DNA from: Gracilinanus agilis
Lineage: Eukaryota
Length of the DNA stretch: 64,000 nt
Direction: 5' to 3'
Assembly (NCBI RefSeq): GCF_016433145.1
Contig: NC_058134.1
Location: 95,686,882-95,750,881, forward strand
Below, piece after piece: positions 37,003 through 50,213 of this stretch; within the stretch, counting starts at the first letter, position 1, and each line of letters begins with the position of its first letter. The notes beneath the pieces are model-generated. The model had not been told where the DNA came from. It made no database searches and saw only the letters and a list, made by a program, of their open reading frames with translations. The position numbers and the translations under genes are program-made.

Positions 37003-38749
37003 GTAAGTATAAGTCTTTTAATAAGTTACATGTATTATGGGGATATTTTGCTTTTACTATATATGTATTCTCCCCTGGTCTCTCTCAATTATAACTATAT
37101 AACTGAGCATACTTTTTTGGTTATTTCTGAACCTTTAAATTGTGTGAAGAATTGGTTAGATTTGAGCATTTGCATTAGAAAAATCATCTTTCCCCATTCT
37201 CTTTTCCTGCTTGTACATATATTGAACACAGTACCTGTGATAGAGATTTATATGTTGAATTGAACCATTCTCAACTTTCTCTGAAGACTCTCTAAAATGC
37301 ACAGATTAAAAAAAAGATATGCTATGCAAGAAATAATGAGAATATATTAAGGAAAAAAATAGGGTGACATTTTGTTAGATTAGAAATGCTTCATACCTTT
37401 TCAGAATTACCTTCAGAGAACTCCTTAGATGACTCAGGTTAGGTTTTTAAAGTTCAACCTCAATTGAACTTTTCTGAAATTTCCAAACTGTTTAGCTAAC
37501 TTTTTTTCACCATTATTTTTCATTTTGCGCACCTCTGCTCTCTTGGTTCCAGAAACCAGAAAGGCTTTCCTTGCGGTAGGTCTTATTCCACCAGAAGGAG
37601 AACTTCTGAAACCTTGTGAAAAAGCCTGTTCTTGAAAATCCCTTCCAAATTTGGTCAACTGGATACAATAGTCACATGCACTAGATTTCTCTAGATATAC
37701 TAACAAAGTCCAAAATCTGACCTTTTGAATTCCTGGTATGCCACAATCATAATTTGAATATATTTTTATATTTTTTTAAACATACCAAACTTCTCTAACT
37801 GGCTTTTTCTAACTTTACTGTGCCCATTTACTTTAGTTAAATTCTTAATGTATAATGATATTCTGTAACATTGATTTTTTTTTTTAAAGCTAGGATCCTT
37901 CTAGAGTTACACATTCTCTGTATTCCCTTATCTTATGATAAGAAGATGGCATGTGCAGAATCTATACTATAACAAAATTACTGTTATTGATTTGCTATTA
38001 ATGCATAGGAGTGAAATACCCTTCTAGAATAAAAACAATACTAAATGAACAGAAGTTGTATTTGTTTGGGGCAAAAGGCAAGCAAGAACAGCAAGAATAT
38101 CATTAACTACTAACTATTTGAGACTTTACTGTTTCATTATTTCTGTTTGTTTACAGCTTTATAATTGGGAAATTACAAATTATTGTTAAATTTACTTTAT
38201 ACCTACCATCAGTTATCTATATAGAGAACACAGGATTCTAAATAAAATCAGCCTTTTCTAAGAACTTCTAAATTTTTTACCTTGCTAGAAGCAGTATCTT
38301 TTTATATTTAAAATTAGAGCAACTTTGTCAACTGAAACCGATGTGAAGGGATTCATGCACTGAACCTCTCAATAGGGCCTTGTATAACTTGGTTTAGAAA
38401 ATGCTTGAGGATCTATGAAAATTAATCCATGATATAGATATCAGGCTATGGTTACTTTTGTGGAATCCATTTTATGAATATTTCAGCTGGTTTTTGTAAA
38501 TATAAGTGGTAGAAAACCATGTTTTCAAATAGACATGCTTTGGCTTTTAAAACAAAATACTGCCCACAAATTAGTAGTTCCTTCATAGTGTCTCAATCTT
38601 TTCACATTATATATGATATATATTTTTGGTTAAATTTTTTAAAGTTATGATGTACCAGCATTTGAAAAAAATTAATGCATTAATGGAGTTTCCATCAACC
38701 AGACCCTAATAATACTAATAAATGTTCAATTTTGATGATTTTTTTCCAG

Positions 38750-38982
38750 ATGATTCACAAAGAAAGCAGTATGAAGAATGGCTTCAAGAGACCCAACAGC
38801 TCCTCCAGATGCAACAGAAATATCTTGAAGAACAAATTGGACTGCACAGAAAATCTAAAAAGGCTCTTTCTGCTAAGCAACGTACTGCCAAAAAAGCTGG
38901 GCGTGAATTCCCAGAAGAAGATGCAGAACAACTGAAGCATGTTACAGAGCAGCAGAGTATGGTTCAGAAACGGCTAGAGCAG
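38750..38982 (+). CDS. KMT2C: KMT2C coding exon (approx. exon 42), (N)DSQRKQYEEWLQETQQLL...MVQKRLEQ
   Basis: tttttccag acceptor, cag|gtaaca donor, 233 nt phase 1-0. Confidence 0.96.
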
Positions 38983-39301
38983 GTAACATGCCTATTGAAA
39001 GAAATAGTTACTCAACATACCATTGTTAATTGTCTATTTTATTTTTTCTTCTTGTTATAGTAATGAAAAGATTTATTATTGGTAGTGTTAAGTACCAGGA
39101 AGGTAGTAATTCCTAGGATACTCCTGGTTCATCACTGCCTCCTCCAGACTTTCACTCAATATATCCCCTTTCCCTAGATCCCAAGATATTTTAATCCTTC
39201 TACCAAACTTTAGCTCTGGTCTTTTCATTAGGAGTACTTGAAAGTACTTTATTAAATATCTGTTTTAATGGATTTAATCATCAAATATCCATGTACAAAT
39301 C

Positions 39302-39488
39302 TTTTTTTTTTAAAAACCCTTAACTACTGTCTTGGAACCAAGGCAGAAGAACAGTAAGGGCTAGGCAATTTGGGTTAAGTGACTTGCCTGGGGTCACAGA
39401 GTTACAAAGTGTCTGAGGTCAGATTTGAAGCTAAAACCTCCTGCCTCTAGGCCTGGCTCTCAATCCACTGAGCCACCCAGCTGCCCCC
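39302..39488 (-). mobile_element. Marsupial SINE (SINE1_MD-like)
   Basis: Minus strand ggggcagctgggtggctcagtggattgagagccaggcctagag... Confidence 0.88.
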
Positions 39489-39519
39489 TTCAATTCTAAT
39501 TTTTAAGAAATTTTCTTCT

Positions 39520-42500
39520 TTAAGATTTTTTAACTTTATTTTTCATTTGCTTAATCAATTCTGGTTTTGTTTTGTTGGTTTTTTTTTTGTTTTGTTTTTT
39601 TGCTTTACCGTATTTAGTGGAAAAACAACTTTGTAACTTTTTAAAAAATTCTGAGTTGTGAATTTTCTTCTCTCTTTCCTTTCCCTCCCTCCTTGAGATG
39701 GTAAGCAGTCTGATACATATTTTACATGCACACTCATACAAAACATTTTTCCATAAAAGTCCTTTTGTGGAAGGAAACTTGAACCAAAAAATGAAGAAAT
39801 AGAGTAAAATATAATATGCTTTGGTCTGGATTCAGCCTCTAGTTTTTTCCATAGAAGCAGGTGACATTTTTCATCATGAGCCCTTTGGGAAAGATTATTG
39901 TATTGCTTAGAATAGCTAAGTCATTGACAATTATTCATTCTACAATATTTCTGTTATTGCATATAATATTATTCTTGTTCTTTTCACTTCACTTTGTATC
40001 AGTTCTTGTAAGTCCCTCCTCATTATTTCTTATAGCATAATAAATATTTTCTATTACAATCATATCCCACAACTTAACCATCCTCCAATTGTTGTTCATC
40101 CCCTCACTTTCCAATATTTTGCCACTAAAAAAAAGTTGCTATAAATATTTTAGTATGAATAGATCTTTTTTCCTTTCTGTTTTTTATCTTTTTGGCCTGG
40201 AGACTTAGTGGTTTTTTTAATGGGTCATAGGCTATGCACAGTTTTATAGCCCTTTGGCAAAGTTTCAAATTTATCTCCAGAATGGTTGAATCAGTTCAAA
40301 ATTCCCCTAGCAGTGCATTAATGTCTATTTTCCCACATCCCCTCCAACATTTGTCATTTTCTTTTTCTGTCATAATAGCCAATCTGATAGATGTGAGGTG
40401 ATGCCTAAAATTTTATTTTTATTTGCATATCTCTAAACAATAGTGATTTAGGGCTTTTTTTAAAAATATAACTATAAAGTACTTTGAATACTTCTGAAAA
40501 CTGCCTGTTCATATCTTTTAGCCAATTATCAACTGGGAGATGACTTGTTTTCAAATACATTTAACTCATTTCTCTGCATTTGAGAAATGAGGCCTTTGTC
40601 AGAGAATGTTTAAATTTTTTCCCCTCAGCTATGATTACTGTACACTTCCTTCCATTTTTCTCTTCCATTATTCTGTCCATCCTCCCATACCCTGTTCTCA
40701 TTCTGACCATTACCCAGGATGTACTCTCTTCTATCAACACCTCTTTCCCCCCTTCCTCTTTCCCTCCTGTTTTCCTGTAGGGTAAGGTAGATTTCTATAC
40801 CCAACTGAGTGTATATATTATTCCCTGGAAGAGAATGAAGTTCAAGCACTTCCCTCCCCTCCACTTTAAAAGCTCTTTTGCCCCTTTTTTATATATAGAT
40901 AATTTATCCCATTTTACTTCTCCCAATCTCCTTTTCAACTGTCACTCATGCTCTCTATGTTTGCTCCTTCTGAGTCCCCTAAAAATGATAAAGTTCTTAG
41001 GAGTTACAAGTGTTTTCCCATGTAGGAATGTGAACAGTTTAACCTCATTGAATCCCTTACGATTTTTCTTTTCCGTTTACCTTTTTATGCTTCTCTTCTA
41101 TTCGAGAGTTAAATTTTTATTCACCTCTGATCTTTTCATCAAGAATGCTTGAAAGTCTTCTATTTCATCGTATATACATTCCCCTCCCCCACTAAAGGTT
41201 GAAACTCCGTTTTGCTAAGTAGTTGATTTTTGCTTAGAATGTGGTATATTCTTGCTTAAAATCTTAGCTTGTTTGTCATCCAGTGTATAATTTTCCATGC
41301 CCTCTGATCCTTTAATGTAGAAACTGATACATTTTGTGTTTTCCTAACTGTGGGTCCTTAATATTTAAAATTTCCTTTTGATTTCTTGCAATATTTTCTC
41401 CTTGGCCTAGGAGCTCTGAAATTTTGTTATAATATTTCTGATGGTTTTCATTCAGGATGTGATTGGTGGATTCTTTTTATTCCTATTATGCCCTCAAGGT
41501 CTAAACTATCAGGCTAGTTTTCTTTGATAATTTTTTGAATGATGATGTCTAGGCTCTTCTTTTGAGTATGGCATTCATTTAATTTTTATAATATCTCTCC
41601 TTAACTTTATTCTCAGTGAGTTGTTTTTCCATTGGATATTTCACAGTTTCTTCTTTTTTTCTTTCTTTTGATTTTGTTTTGTGGTTTCCTGATATTTCAT
41701 GAAGTCATTAGCTTCTATTTGCCCAATTCTGATTTTTATGTAATATTTTCTTCTGTATTTCTGATCTTCTGTACCTCCTTTTCCATTTGGCCAATTTCAC
41801 TTTTTTAAGGAATTCTTTTCTTACGTGGTATTTTGTGCCCTCTCTTTTATAGTTCTTATTGCATTTCCTTCCCCAGTTTTCCTCTCCCAGTCTTGATTTT
41901 GTCATTTTTTTGTTCCTTTTCGTTTAAAAATCTCTTTATCTTCTCTAGGAATTCATCAAGCCTTCTATCTAGCCTGCATTATTCTTTTGATGCTTTGCTT
42001 GTTTTTATTGAGTTTATAACTTCTCCATCACCATAGTAGTTTTAACATATGATCAGGTTCAGGTTCTTTTTTTTTTTTTGGTTTTCTTATTGTTCTAGCC
42101 CATTTGACTTTGAATTGATGTTAGAGTTGGGCCATGCTCCCCTGAGGGTGTAGGCTGTGTTTGCTGAGGACCTGGCATGTGTGCCCCAATATGCTAGAGG
42201 GGTTGCCCGTCCCCCCCACCTCACTGGGGGACATTTTTCCCATGCCCAACCCCTCTGCCCAAGCAGTCCAAGGAGAGCACTTCCTCCCTCTGCTGTTGGG
42301 AGTAATATAGGGGGCTCACAGGTGGCTTGTGGGTGCAGTATGGACATGGGAATCTCTAAAAGGTTCATCATTCTGGTGTCACTGTGCTAAGTTTATCCTC
42401 CTGTTTTCAGAGTTAATTTGGCTAGGGGCTTGAGGTTAGGGGAGTGGTGCCTCCTTTCAGTGCTTCCAAGGTGGTATAATCCTGGGAGAGGTGTGGTCAG

Positions 42501-42900
42501 TGATCCTCCTTGTCTTCACTTTTGTCCTTCCCCAGAAAGGGATCCTACTCCCTTGTAATCATCTCAGCCCTAGAATTGGGTAATGGGCAATTACCAAACA
42601 GCACTTGTTCCTGCACTTTCCAGTCTCCTTTTGACCAGTCGTCTGATCCTCATCATTTTGGGGATGCGAGAGTTCCTGAAACTGTGCCTACTTTTGCCAC
42701 TACCTCTGAAGCCTATCACTTGTCTTCCTGCCACATTCATTCTGATCCAGTCTCTACCCTCATGTCACAGACCTCTCCTGATCTCAATTTTCTTGGGTTG
42801 AAGAAAAGTCTCACCTGCCATTTTATTGGCTATTTTGCCCCAGAATTTGATTTGACACATTCTTCTAAAGTCGATTAGAGGGCAATGTTGGGAGACTTTG
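39520..42900 (-). mobile_element. Old L1 derivative: 5'UTR, decayed ORF1, spacer and 3' tail, with ORF2 essentially absent
   Basis: Reverse strand near 41350-41450 encodes RNIITKFQS..KEKILQE (ORF1 RRM); L1 3' motifs at 39560-40600; ends approximate. Confidence 0.68.
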
Positions 42901-43558
42901 GCTGGAATGTTCCCTTTTTCTCCATATTGAATTCCAGTAGCTTACATTTTAGGGCCTGAGTAAAACATGTTTACAGACAGGCACATTCATAATATATACA
43001 GAGCAGATACAAGACAATTATAGAGAGGAAACAGTTGAATAAGAGTGGTGAGAAGCAGTAAAGGCCCTTTAAAGAAGGTAAACTTTCACCTCAATCTTGA
43101 AGGAAACAAGTTCTAAGATGTGATGTTTGGGAAAAGAGAACACACCATGGCACAGTAAAAATGAAACATGCAGTGGAAAGGGGAGATGAATGTTGATGGC
43201 ATAAGATACCTCAAATGGGCTATTTTGGTGGACTGTAGAGTACATATAGGAGAGTTAAGTAAGTACTGGTGATTAGAATACTATTGATCTAAAACTACAA
43301 CTCTTAAAACCTTGTTTTTTAATGTTGCTATAATCCAAGAAAAAAAATCTTTCTAGTCTTACCTTCTAAATCTCTTCCATCTAATGTAGCCCCTTGACAT
43401 CTTATTGCTGTCTTTGTTATTAACTGTACCACCAGCCAAGATTTACTGACTGATCTGGCTTTTCACTGAGCCTTTCATGTAATCAGTTCTCAATGAATGC
43501 CTATTGAATGAATTGTCTACAAATATTCATACAATTGCACGATATTTTTGTCTTTCAG

Positions 43559-45253
43559 ATTCGTAAACAACAAAAAGAACATGCTGAGCTCATTGAGGAT
43601 TATAGAATCAAACAGCAACAGCAATGTGCAATGGCCCCACCTGTCTTGATGCCAGGAGTCCAGGCTCAGCCCACAATGGTTCCTGGAGGGTCACCATCAA
43701 CAATAAGTCAGCCAAATTTTCCAATGGCATCACAGCAGCTTCAACACCAACAGCATACATCTGTTATTCCTAGTCAGTCCAATCCTGCAAGAATGCCAAA
43801 TTTGCCAGGTTGGCAGCCTACAAATACCCCTCCTCGCCTCCCTGTAAATGCTTCAAGGTTGCAACCTCCAATGCCTCCATTACCAATAAAAACTAATGCT
43901 TCAGCTCCAGGGTCAACTTCAAATCCAAATCCACAGGGTGGCCCACCTCCCATAGTAGAATTTGATGACAATAACCCCTTCAGTGAAAGTTTTCAAGAGC
44001 GAGAACGTAAAGAACGTTTACGAGAACAACAGGAAAGACAGCGAATTCAACTCATGCAAGAAGTGGACCGGCAGAGGGTTTTGCAACAGAGGATAGAAAT
44101 GGAACAGCATGGCATGATTGGATCAGAATTGAATAATCGATCTTTGTCCCAGATTCCATATTTCAATTCTGACTTACCCTGTGATTTCATGCCACACTCT
44201 AGACCCCTTCCACCATCTCCACAACATCAACAGCAAATAGGGCAAGTACTACAACAGCCAGGTATGCAGCAGGGATCTGTTAATTCACCCCCCAATCAAA
44301 CTTTTATGCAGACTAATGAAAGACGGCATATGGGCCCTGCCCCTTTTGGGCCTGATCCATCATTAGTTCCTGGTGGTGGTCCAAGTTTCCATTCTGTCAA
44401 ACAACCACATGGAAATCTTTCTGGGAACAATTTTTCACAAGGCCAAATAAGACCTTCCTTTCCTCCTGGAATGCCAGCAACACCACAGCCAACTAATAGT
44501 GGTCCTCCATGTGGTCAGGAGACTATAGTGCCTCACATTCAAAACTATCCTGGATCAAGCCAGTCTCTTATTCAGTTGTATTCTGATATAATTCCAGAAG
44601 AAAAAGGGAAAAAGAAAAGAATAAGGAAAAAAAAGAAAGATGATGATGTGGAGTCAACAAAGGCACCATCAACTCCACATTCAGATATAACTGCCCCTCC
44701 AACTCCAAGTATTTCAGAACCTACCTCAACCCCAACAATGGTCACACCCAGTGAACTTAACCCTCATCCCATAGACCAAGAGTCAGCAGAACCCCCTGGC
44801 TCTTCAACTACTAATGAGGAGATAAATCAGCCATCTTCAGAATTAGAAGACAATCTTTCCAGTAGTGATTTTTCTCAGAGGAATCCACATCATCAGACCA
44901 CTGAAGACTCAGAATCTATAAAGTTCGCCTTGGAAGTCCCTAAAAATATTCAAGAAATTAAACTGGAAAAGGCTGAGGCAGAACAATGCCCTGGCCAAAC
45001 TGAGCCCAAACTGGAGGATCAAACTGGCATTAAAATAGAAGAAAAAGTTGCCTTATCAGCCCCATGTCCTACCCAATTAGTGAGTGTTCCTCCCTCAAAA
45101 GGAGATTCAGGGAATGAACTTTTGAAACATTTATTGAAAAATAAAAAGACATCTTCCCTTTTAAATAAAAAATCTGATGATAGCTTGAGATTAGAAGAAG
45201 AACGTTCTGGGAATACCAAATTAATTGAAAAACATAAATCAGCTGAAGGCCTG
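43559..45253 (+). CDS. KMT2C: KMT2C large exon (approx. exon 43), IRKQQKEHAELIEDY...basic KKKRIRKKKK...ELLKHLLKN...SAEGL
   Basis: tctttcag acceptor, ctg|gtaagt donor, 1695 nt = 565 codons; ORF 43508..45379. Confidence 0.97.
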
Positions 45254-45768
45254 GTAAGTTTCAACAGTTTTTTAAATCATCAATTTTTTTTCTCTCCATT
45301 CTTTTTTCTTCTCATGATTTTTGTTTTGGGAGATGGCACTATTTTATTCCCCTCTCCTTCCCACAGGGGAGCTCAGTAGTCCAATTAAGTTAGTCATATT
45401 AATTTTTCTCTTCACTATCATATGCCTTTATTTAATGAAGAGCTTTTTGTCTTCATTATTGGGCATATAGTACATTAAAACTCTTATTGATTTGCTTCTT
45501 GATATGTATTTATAAGGTTTACTTATGGGTATAAGGAGCTATTTCATACTAGTCCATAATTCAGATCCACAATTTTAAACATTCTCTTCCTCTCCTTTGC
45601 CCCATAGCTTTTCATTCCTCATTTGTGGAACATAAATTCTGGTTTATATATAAATGACTTCAGTTTCTTGATTAAAGCAAAATCTTCTCCAGGGTATGGA
45701 CAATATCTCATTCAGTTTTGCATCTCCTAGTGTGTTACATAATAGGTGCTCTATATATGTTAGCTGAC

Positions 45769-46290
45769 TGTGGGAAGCCAATAAGAGAAACAGTGTCAAA
45801 TAGATAAAAATCTGAGACTCCTCTTTTGACCTCTTTTGTGATCCTTGTGATTTCTTATTGAAAAGTATTGTGGCCTTATTGAAGAGCTTTAAGCTCTTAG
45901 CAAACCAGCAGTCAAGAGGTTAACATTCTCTCCTTTGGTCAGAAATGCACCCAAGGCCAAAACCATAGTTTAGCAGGGACATTGTGCCCAGGAGAAAAGT
46001 ATTCTCAGACTTAGCTTGCTGATAATCATGCAGCTGAAGGTTCAGCCTGGTTCTTATCTTCACCTTGAAATTTCTGAGTTTCTGTGTATTGTCTAAACTA
46101 ATTGCAATGTCTACTCTCTCTGTGCTTGTGGGTGAAAGGGAGTTTGAATTTTCATATATAAAAAACTTGTGACTCTATGGCACTTCCGAGAAGCAGCTAT
46201 GAGTTAACAGTCAATATTGTCTCCTGTGTCCAGTTTCTTATCAACTAAGCAGTCCTTATCAGATTATCAGAGAAATAGATCTCGATAGCT
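45769..46290 (+). mobile_element. Probable solo LTR
   Basis: Starts tgtggg, TATA-like tataaaaa near 46157, interrupts an L2-like tail; 3' end not resolved. Confidence 0.4.
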
Positions 46291-48582
46291 GATGATTGAT
46301 TTTATCTGCTGATTTTGATGTTAGTTGTCTTGTTCAGTTATTTATCTGTCCTTTAGTTCCATGCATACAATAAGAAGTGTTTATTTAATAAATGCTTTTT
46401 GAATTGAAGTTAATGCTCATTCATTAAGGCACCTTAACAATGAACTACATTCATAAAATATGGTCACCATTATGCTTACTTGAGGGTTTATTCTAAAAAT
46501 CTGTATGTCCAAGGATAAAGAAATGTGTTTTAGTTTCACTTATTTGAGATTTATTTATTTCTACATTTAAATATCAGACTTCTTCCAACTGAATATCGAT
46601 ACTCTATTTTTCTTCTTTAGGTAAAATTTTACTTTTTTTTTCTTCCTGGGTTCTGAAATTGTATCACTTAAGTCAAAATTCTTAATTCTTCATGATGTTG
46701 TTAATGAGTCCATATATACTGAATTTTTTTTTCCTCTCCTTGATCAGGGAACTTTTATTGATTAGAATATATGTTTATTATAAAAGATCTAGTATTCATT
46801 CCATCATTATGGGGGAGAAAGCAATATAGTAAAGTATATTGGACCTTGGATTTGAATCCCAGAGATGAATTGCATAGTTTATGGAAATAATTGAAGAACA
46901 TGCTACATAAAAGTGCATTATGAAAAATTTGTGTTATGCTGCTGATTTGATGCCAACTCCTATTTTCTAAGTAAAATTTATTGATATATTTTTACCTACA
47001 TTCCTGAAATTCCTACTCTCCTTTCCCTTCCCAAAGAACCAACTCTTTTTTTTTTAAACCTTCCATCTTTGATTCAATACTGAGTATCAGTTTCAAAGCA
47101 TACAAGTATTAAGTAAGAGCTAGATAAATGGGGTTAACTGACTTGACTAGGGTCACACAGTTAGGATGTGTGTGTGTGTGGTCATTTTTGAGCGCAGGGC
47201 CTGTATTTATCATACTCATTATTTCTTAAAACACACTAATATTCCAATATATTCCCAATATATGGGTAGCCATGGTGCTTCTTGTTCTTTGCTTAATACA
47301 GTGTTGCTGTACATATTTTGGCATATATACAAGCTTACTTTCTTTCACTCTTTTGGAATATATATGCTTAACAGTTAGAATCTTTTTGTTAAAGATTATA
47401 GATATTTTAATTATTTCATCTGCATAATTCCAACTTGCTTTCCAGAATGACTGGACCATTTCATTGCTCCAATAACAATATATGAGTAAGCTTTGCATTT
47501 TCACATTGTCTTCAGTGTTTATGTCCTGATCTTCCCTGTCTCCATAGTAGTTTTTTATAGTCCAAGTCTTTTGTTGTTGTGGTTCTTTACTCATTTTTCC
47601 TGTCAATTTTGGACTGTCAAAAGTTGGACTCTTTACCTTGGGAGTAGGGTGGCACTGTGCCAAACTTCAGGTTTTTTTGTGCTTCTGTTTTCAGAATTAA
47701 TTCTGTGGATGTGTAAATTTTTGGGTGTTTCCAAGTCATTGAGTTCATTATTTTCCTGGTTTGTTGCTTTGGTCTTTACCAAGGAAGTGCCCCATGTCCC
47801 CTGTGTTACCATTCCTCTTTGCCTTTACTCTGATTGTCCCCTTCACGGCTTTATGTTCTGAGCACATAAAAGGGGGAAACTGCAGATATTCTGCTTTCCC
47901 CCTATACCCTTGGTGCCTAGCAGCCATTTCATACTGTGCCAAGAACATATACAAGGGGGCCACCGCAAGCATCCTATTTTTCTAGCTGTTCAAAAAAAAC
48001 CAAAAAAACCCTGACCTATTTAGCTGCATCCAGGCATACTAACACCCCCAATAAAAGCTCTCCACCCTGCCCATAAGAGGCTAGATCCTCCCTCAGACTA
48101 GTCTGCTAGCTTTTGTGGCACTAAAACTTCCCCTTTTCCTCAGTAAGAGTCTCTGAATTTTTCACATTCAAATCTACACCAGCCAAACCGTTCACCTTGA
48201 TACTGTGACCAGGTCCCCTGCTTCCTCATAACTGACCAGCAGCGCTACTCTCTACACTGTAATTGAAACCCAGAACTACCGATGGTCATTAGAGCTGCCA
48301 GTCCTTACCAGTTGTCCTCAGTGCCAGGAAAGGCACGAATCTCTTTCTGACCAGTTGTGATCCCCTTAGAGATTCTAGGCTAAGAGGACCCAATGCTACT
48401 ATTGTAGATTCTGTTGGTGCCACTGCATGTGCGGACGGACACTGGGCAGGCCTTCACCCGCTGTCATAGCCTTCATCTGCTGGCCTCCTATGTTTTCTGA
48501 TGCTGGAAAAATAACTCACTCTGACCATTTGTTGACTCTGCTACTCCAAAATTTGATTTGAATCATTATTTTAAATTAGTTT

Positions 48583-48775
48583 GGGGAGCAGATAGGTGGA
48601 CTGGTGGTCCTCCAAGCCTGTAGTCGGGAGGACCTGGGTTCAAATGTGTCTTCAGATACTTCCTAGCTGTTTGAGCAAATCACTTAATCTCAATTACCTA
48701 ACCCTTACTGCTCTTCTGCCTTGGAACTGATACTTAGTGCCAATTCTAAGACATAAGGTAATGGTTTAAAAAATA
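48583..48775 (+). mobile_element. Marsupial SINE (SINE1-like)
   Basis: gggaggacctgggttcaaatgtgtcttcagatacttcctagctg...cttaatctcaattacctaaccctt. Confidence 0.78.
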
Positions 48776-49461
48776 AGGTTTTTTGAGGATAATGTTGAGA
48801 AATTTCAGCTGTTTTGCCCCTTATCTACCATTTTTGCTCCACACCCCCCTCCCATGCCAACTATTTTTTTTAAAACCCTTATCTTCCATCTTAATCAATA
48901 CTATGTATTGGCTCCAAGGCAGAAGAGTCCATGCCAACTATTTTTTGAAATTTAATCGTGGCTTGCCACTTGAATAAAATTTTGCCATTCTAAGATTTGT
49001 TTTTATAACCCATTCTTTTCTGAACTTTATCTCTGCCTCCTTCCCTCCCTAGGAATTCATTTCTTGTTACAGATTTAATGGCACTTCAGCAAAACATCTG
49101 CCTTACAATACATTCATAATTACAAATCCATAGTTCACTTCTTTTCTGGGGCCATGTTGCTTTATAATTATGCAGGTTTCATTTTCCCTTTATATTATAA
49201 TCATGTTTATTGTTTTCCTTGTTCTTTATACCTTAGTCTCATATCATTTCATTTAGCTGTTTCTCTGTATTCATCATATTTGCCATTTACTACAGCACTA
49301 CATTACTATATTAAATTCATTTCCCATTTGTGGAGTCTTTCCTTATTTGATAGAAACCTTTTCTATTATGTTTAGAAAACATTTTTTAAAGGCATACTAT
49401 ATCCCAAGGACTATTCTAGGCACCAGTTCCATAATAATATGACTGCATAAGAAATAGATAT

Positions 49462-49648
49462 GGGAGGCAGTTCGATTACTTAGTGGATGGAGTGCTAACC
49501 TTGGAGTTGGGAGGACCTGGGTTCAAATGTGGCCTCAGACATTTTCTAACTATATCTGTCCTAGAGCAAGTCACTTAACCCCAATTGCCTAACTTTTACT
49601 GCTCTTCTTCTGCCTTACAAATTGTACTTAGTATTAATTCTAAGACAG
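49462..49648 (+). mobile_element. Marsupial SINE (SINE1-like)
   Basis: gggaggacctgggttcaaatgtggcctcagac...gtcacttaaccccaattgcct. Confidence 0.78.
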
Positions 49649-50213
49649 AAGGTAAGGATTTTTTTTAAGCGTATACAACATTCTTTAACATAGTTTGGAG
49701 TTAATGTTAAGGGCAGACGGTGTGGAATGGATTAACCTTTAGAACCATCTTAAAAGACTTTGTGGAGTCAAAAGCATTTGACTTATTTTTACCAAACAAA
49801 TTAGAATTTAACATGCAGGGAAACTGGAAATGGAGAAGGTGAGGCTCCAAGAAATTTGTGAACCTAAAGATGAAAAGGTATGGGTCCTGCAAAGGGAATA
49901 AATAATTTGGTTTAGGTAGAGTGTAGAGAACTTGGAAGTGTTTCTTGTAAGAAGAGTCTAGAAGATAGAGTATTGCCCTATTTTTAGAAAATCATAAATG
50001 CCAGACTAAAGGGTTTACATTTCATGTAGTTGTTAATGGAATTACTGAAGGACTTTGAGTGGAGAAATGATGGGACCAACCTTGTACGTGAGGAGAAATA
50101 CTGGCAAGAAGAGTGATTGATTCAAAGGAACATGGAATAATAGTTGGCAGACCTGTTTAGTAAGGTATTCCAAGAGGTCAGGTGCCAGTGGCCAAAAGAC
50201 CTGCTCTAAGGGG

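Noticed and set aside
37434-37706. 90-aa minus-strand ORF over the candidate microexon block
   Set aside because: Non-ATG start and no recognisable motif; the + strand splice signals explain the block better.
45254-45379. ORF-track extensions past donors (e.g. VSFNSFLNH..., GMSSIASFV, VTCLLKE...)
   Set aside because: Read-through into introns after strong GT donors.
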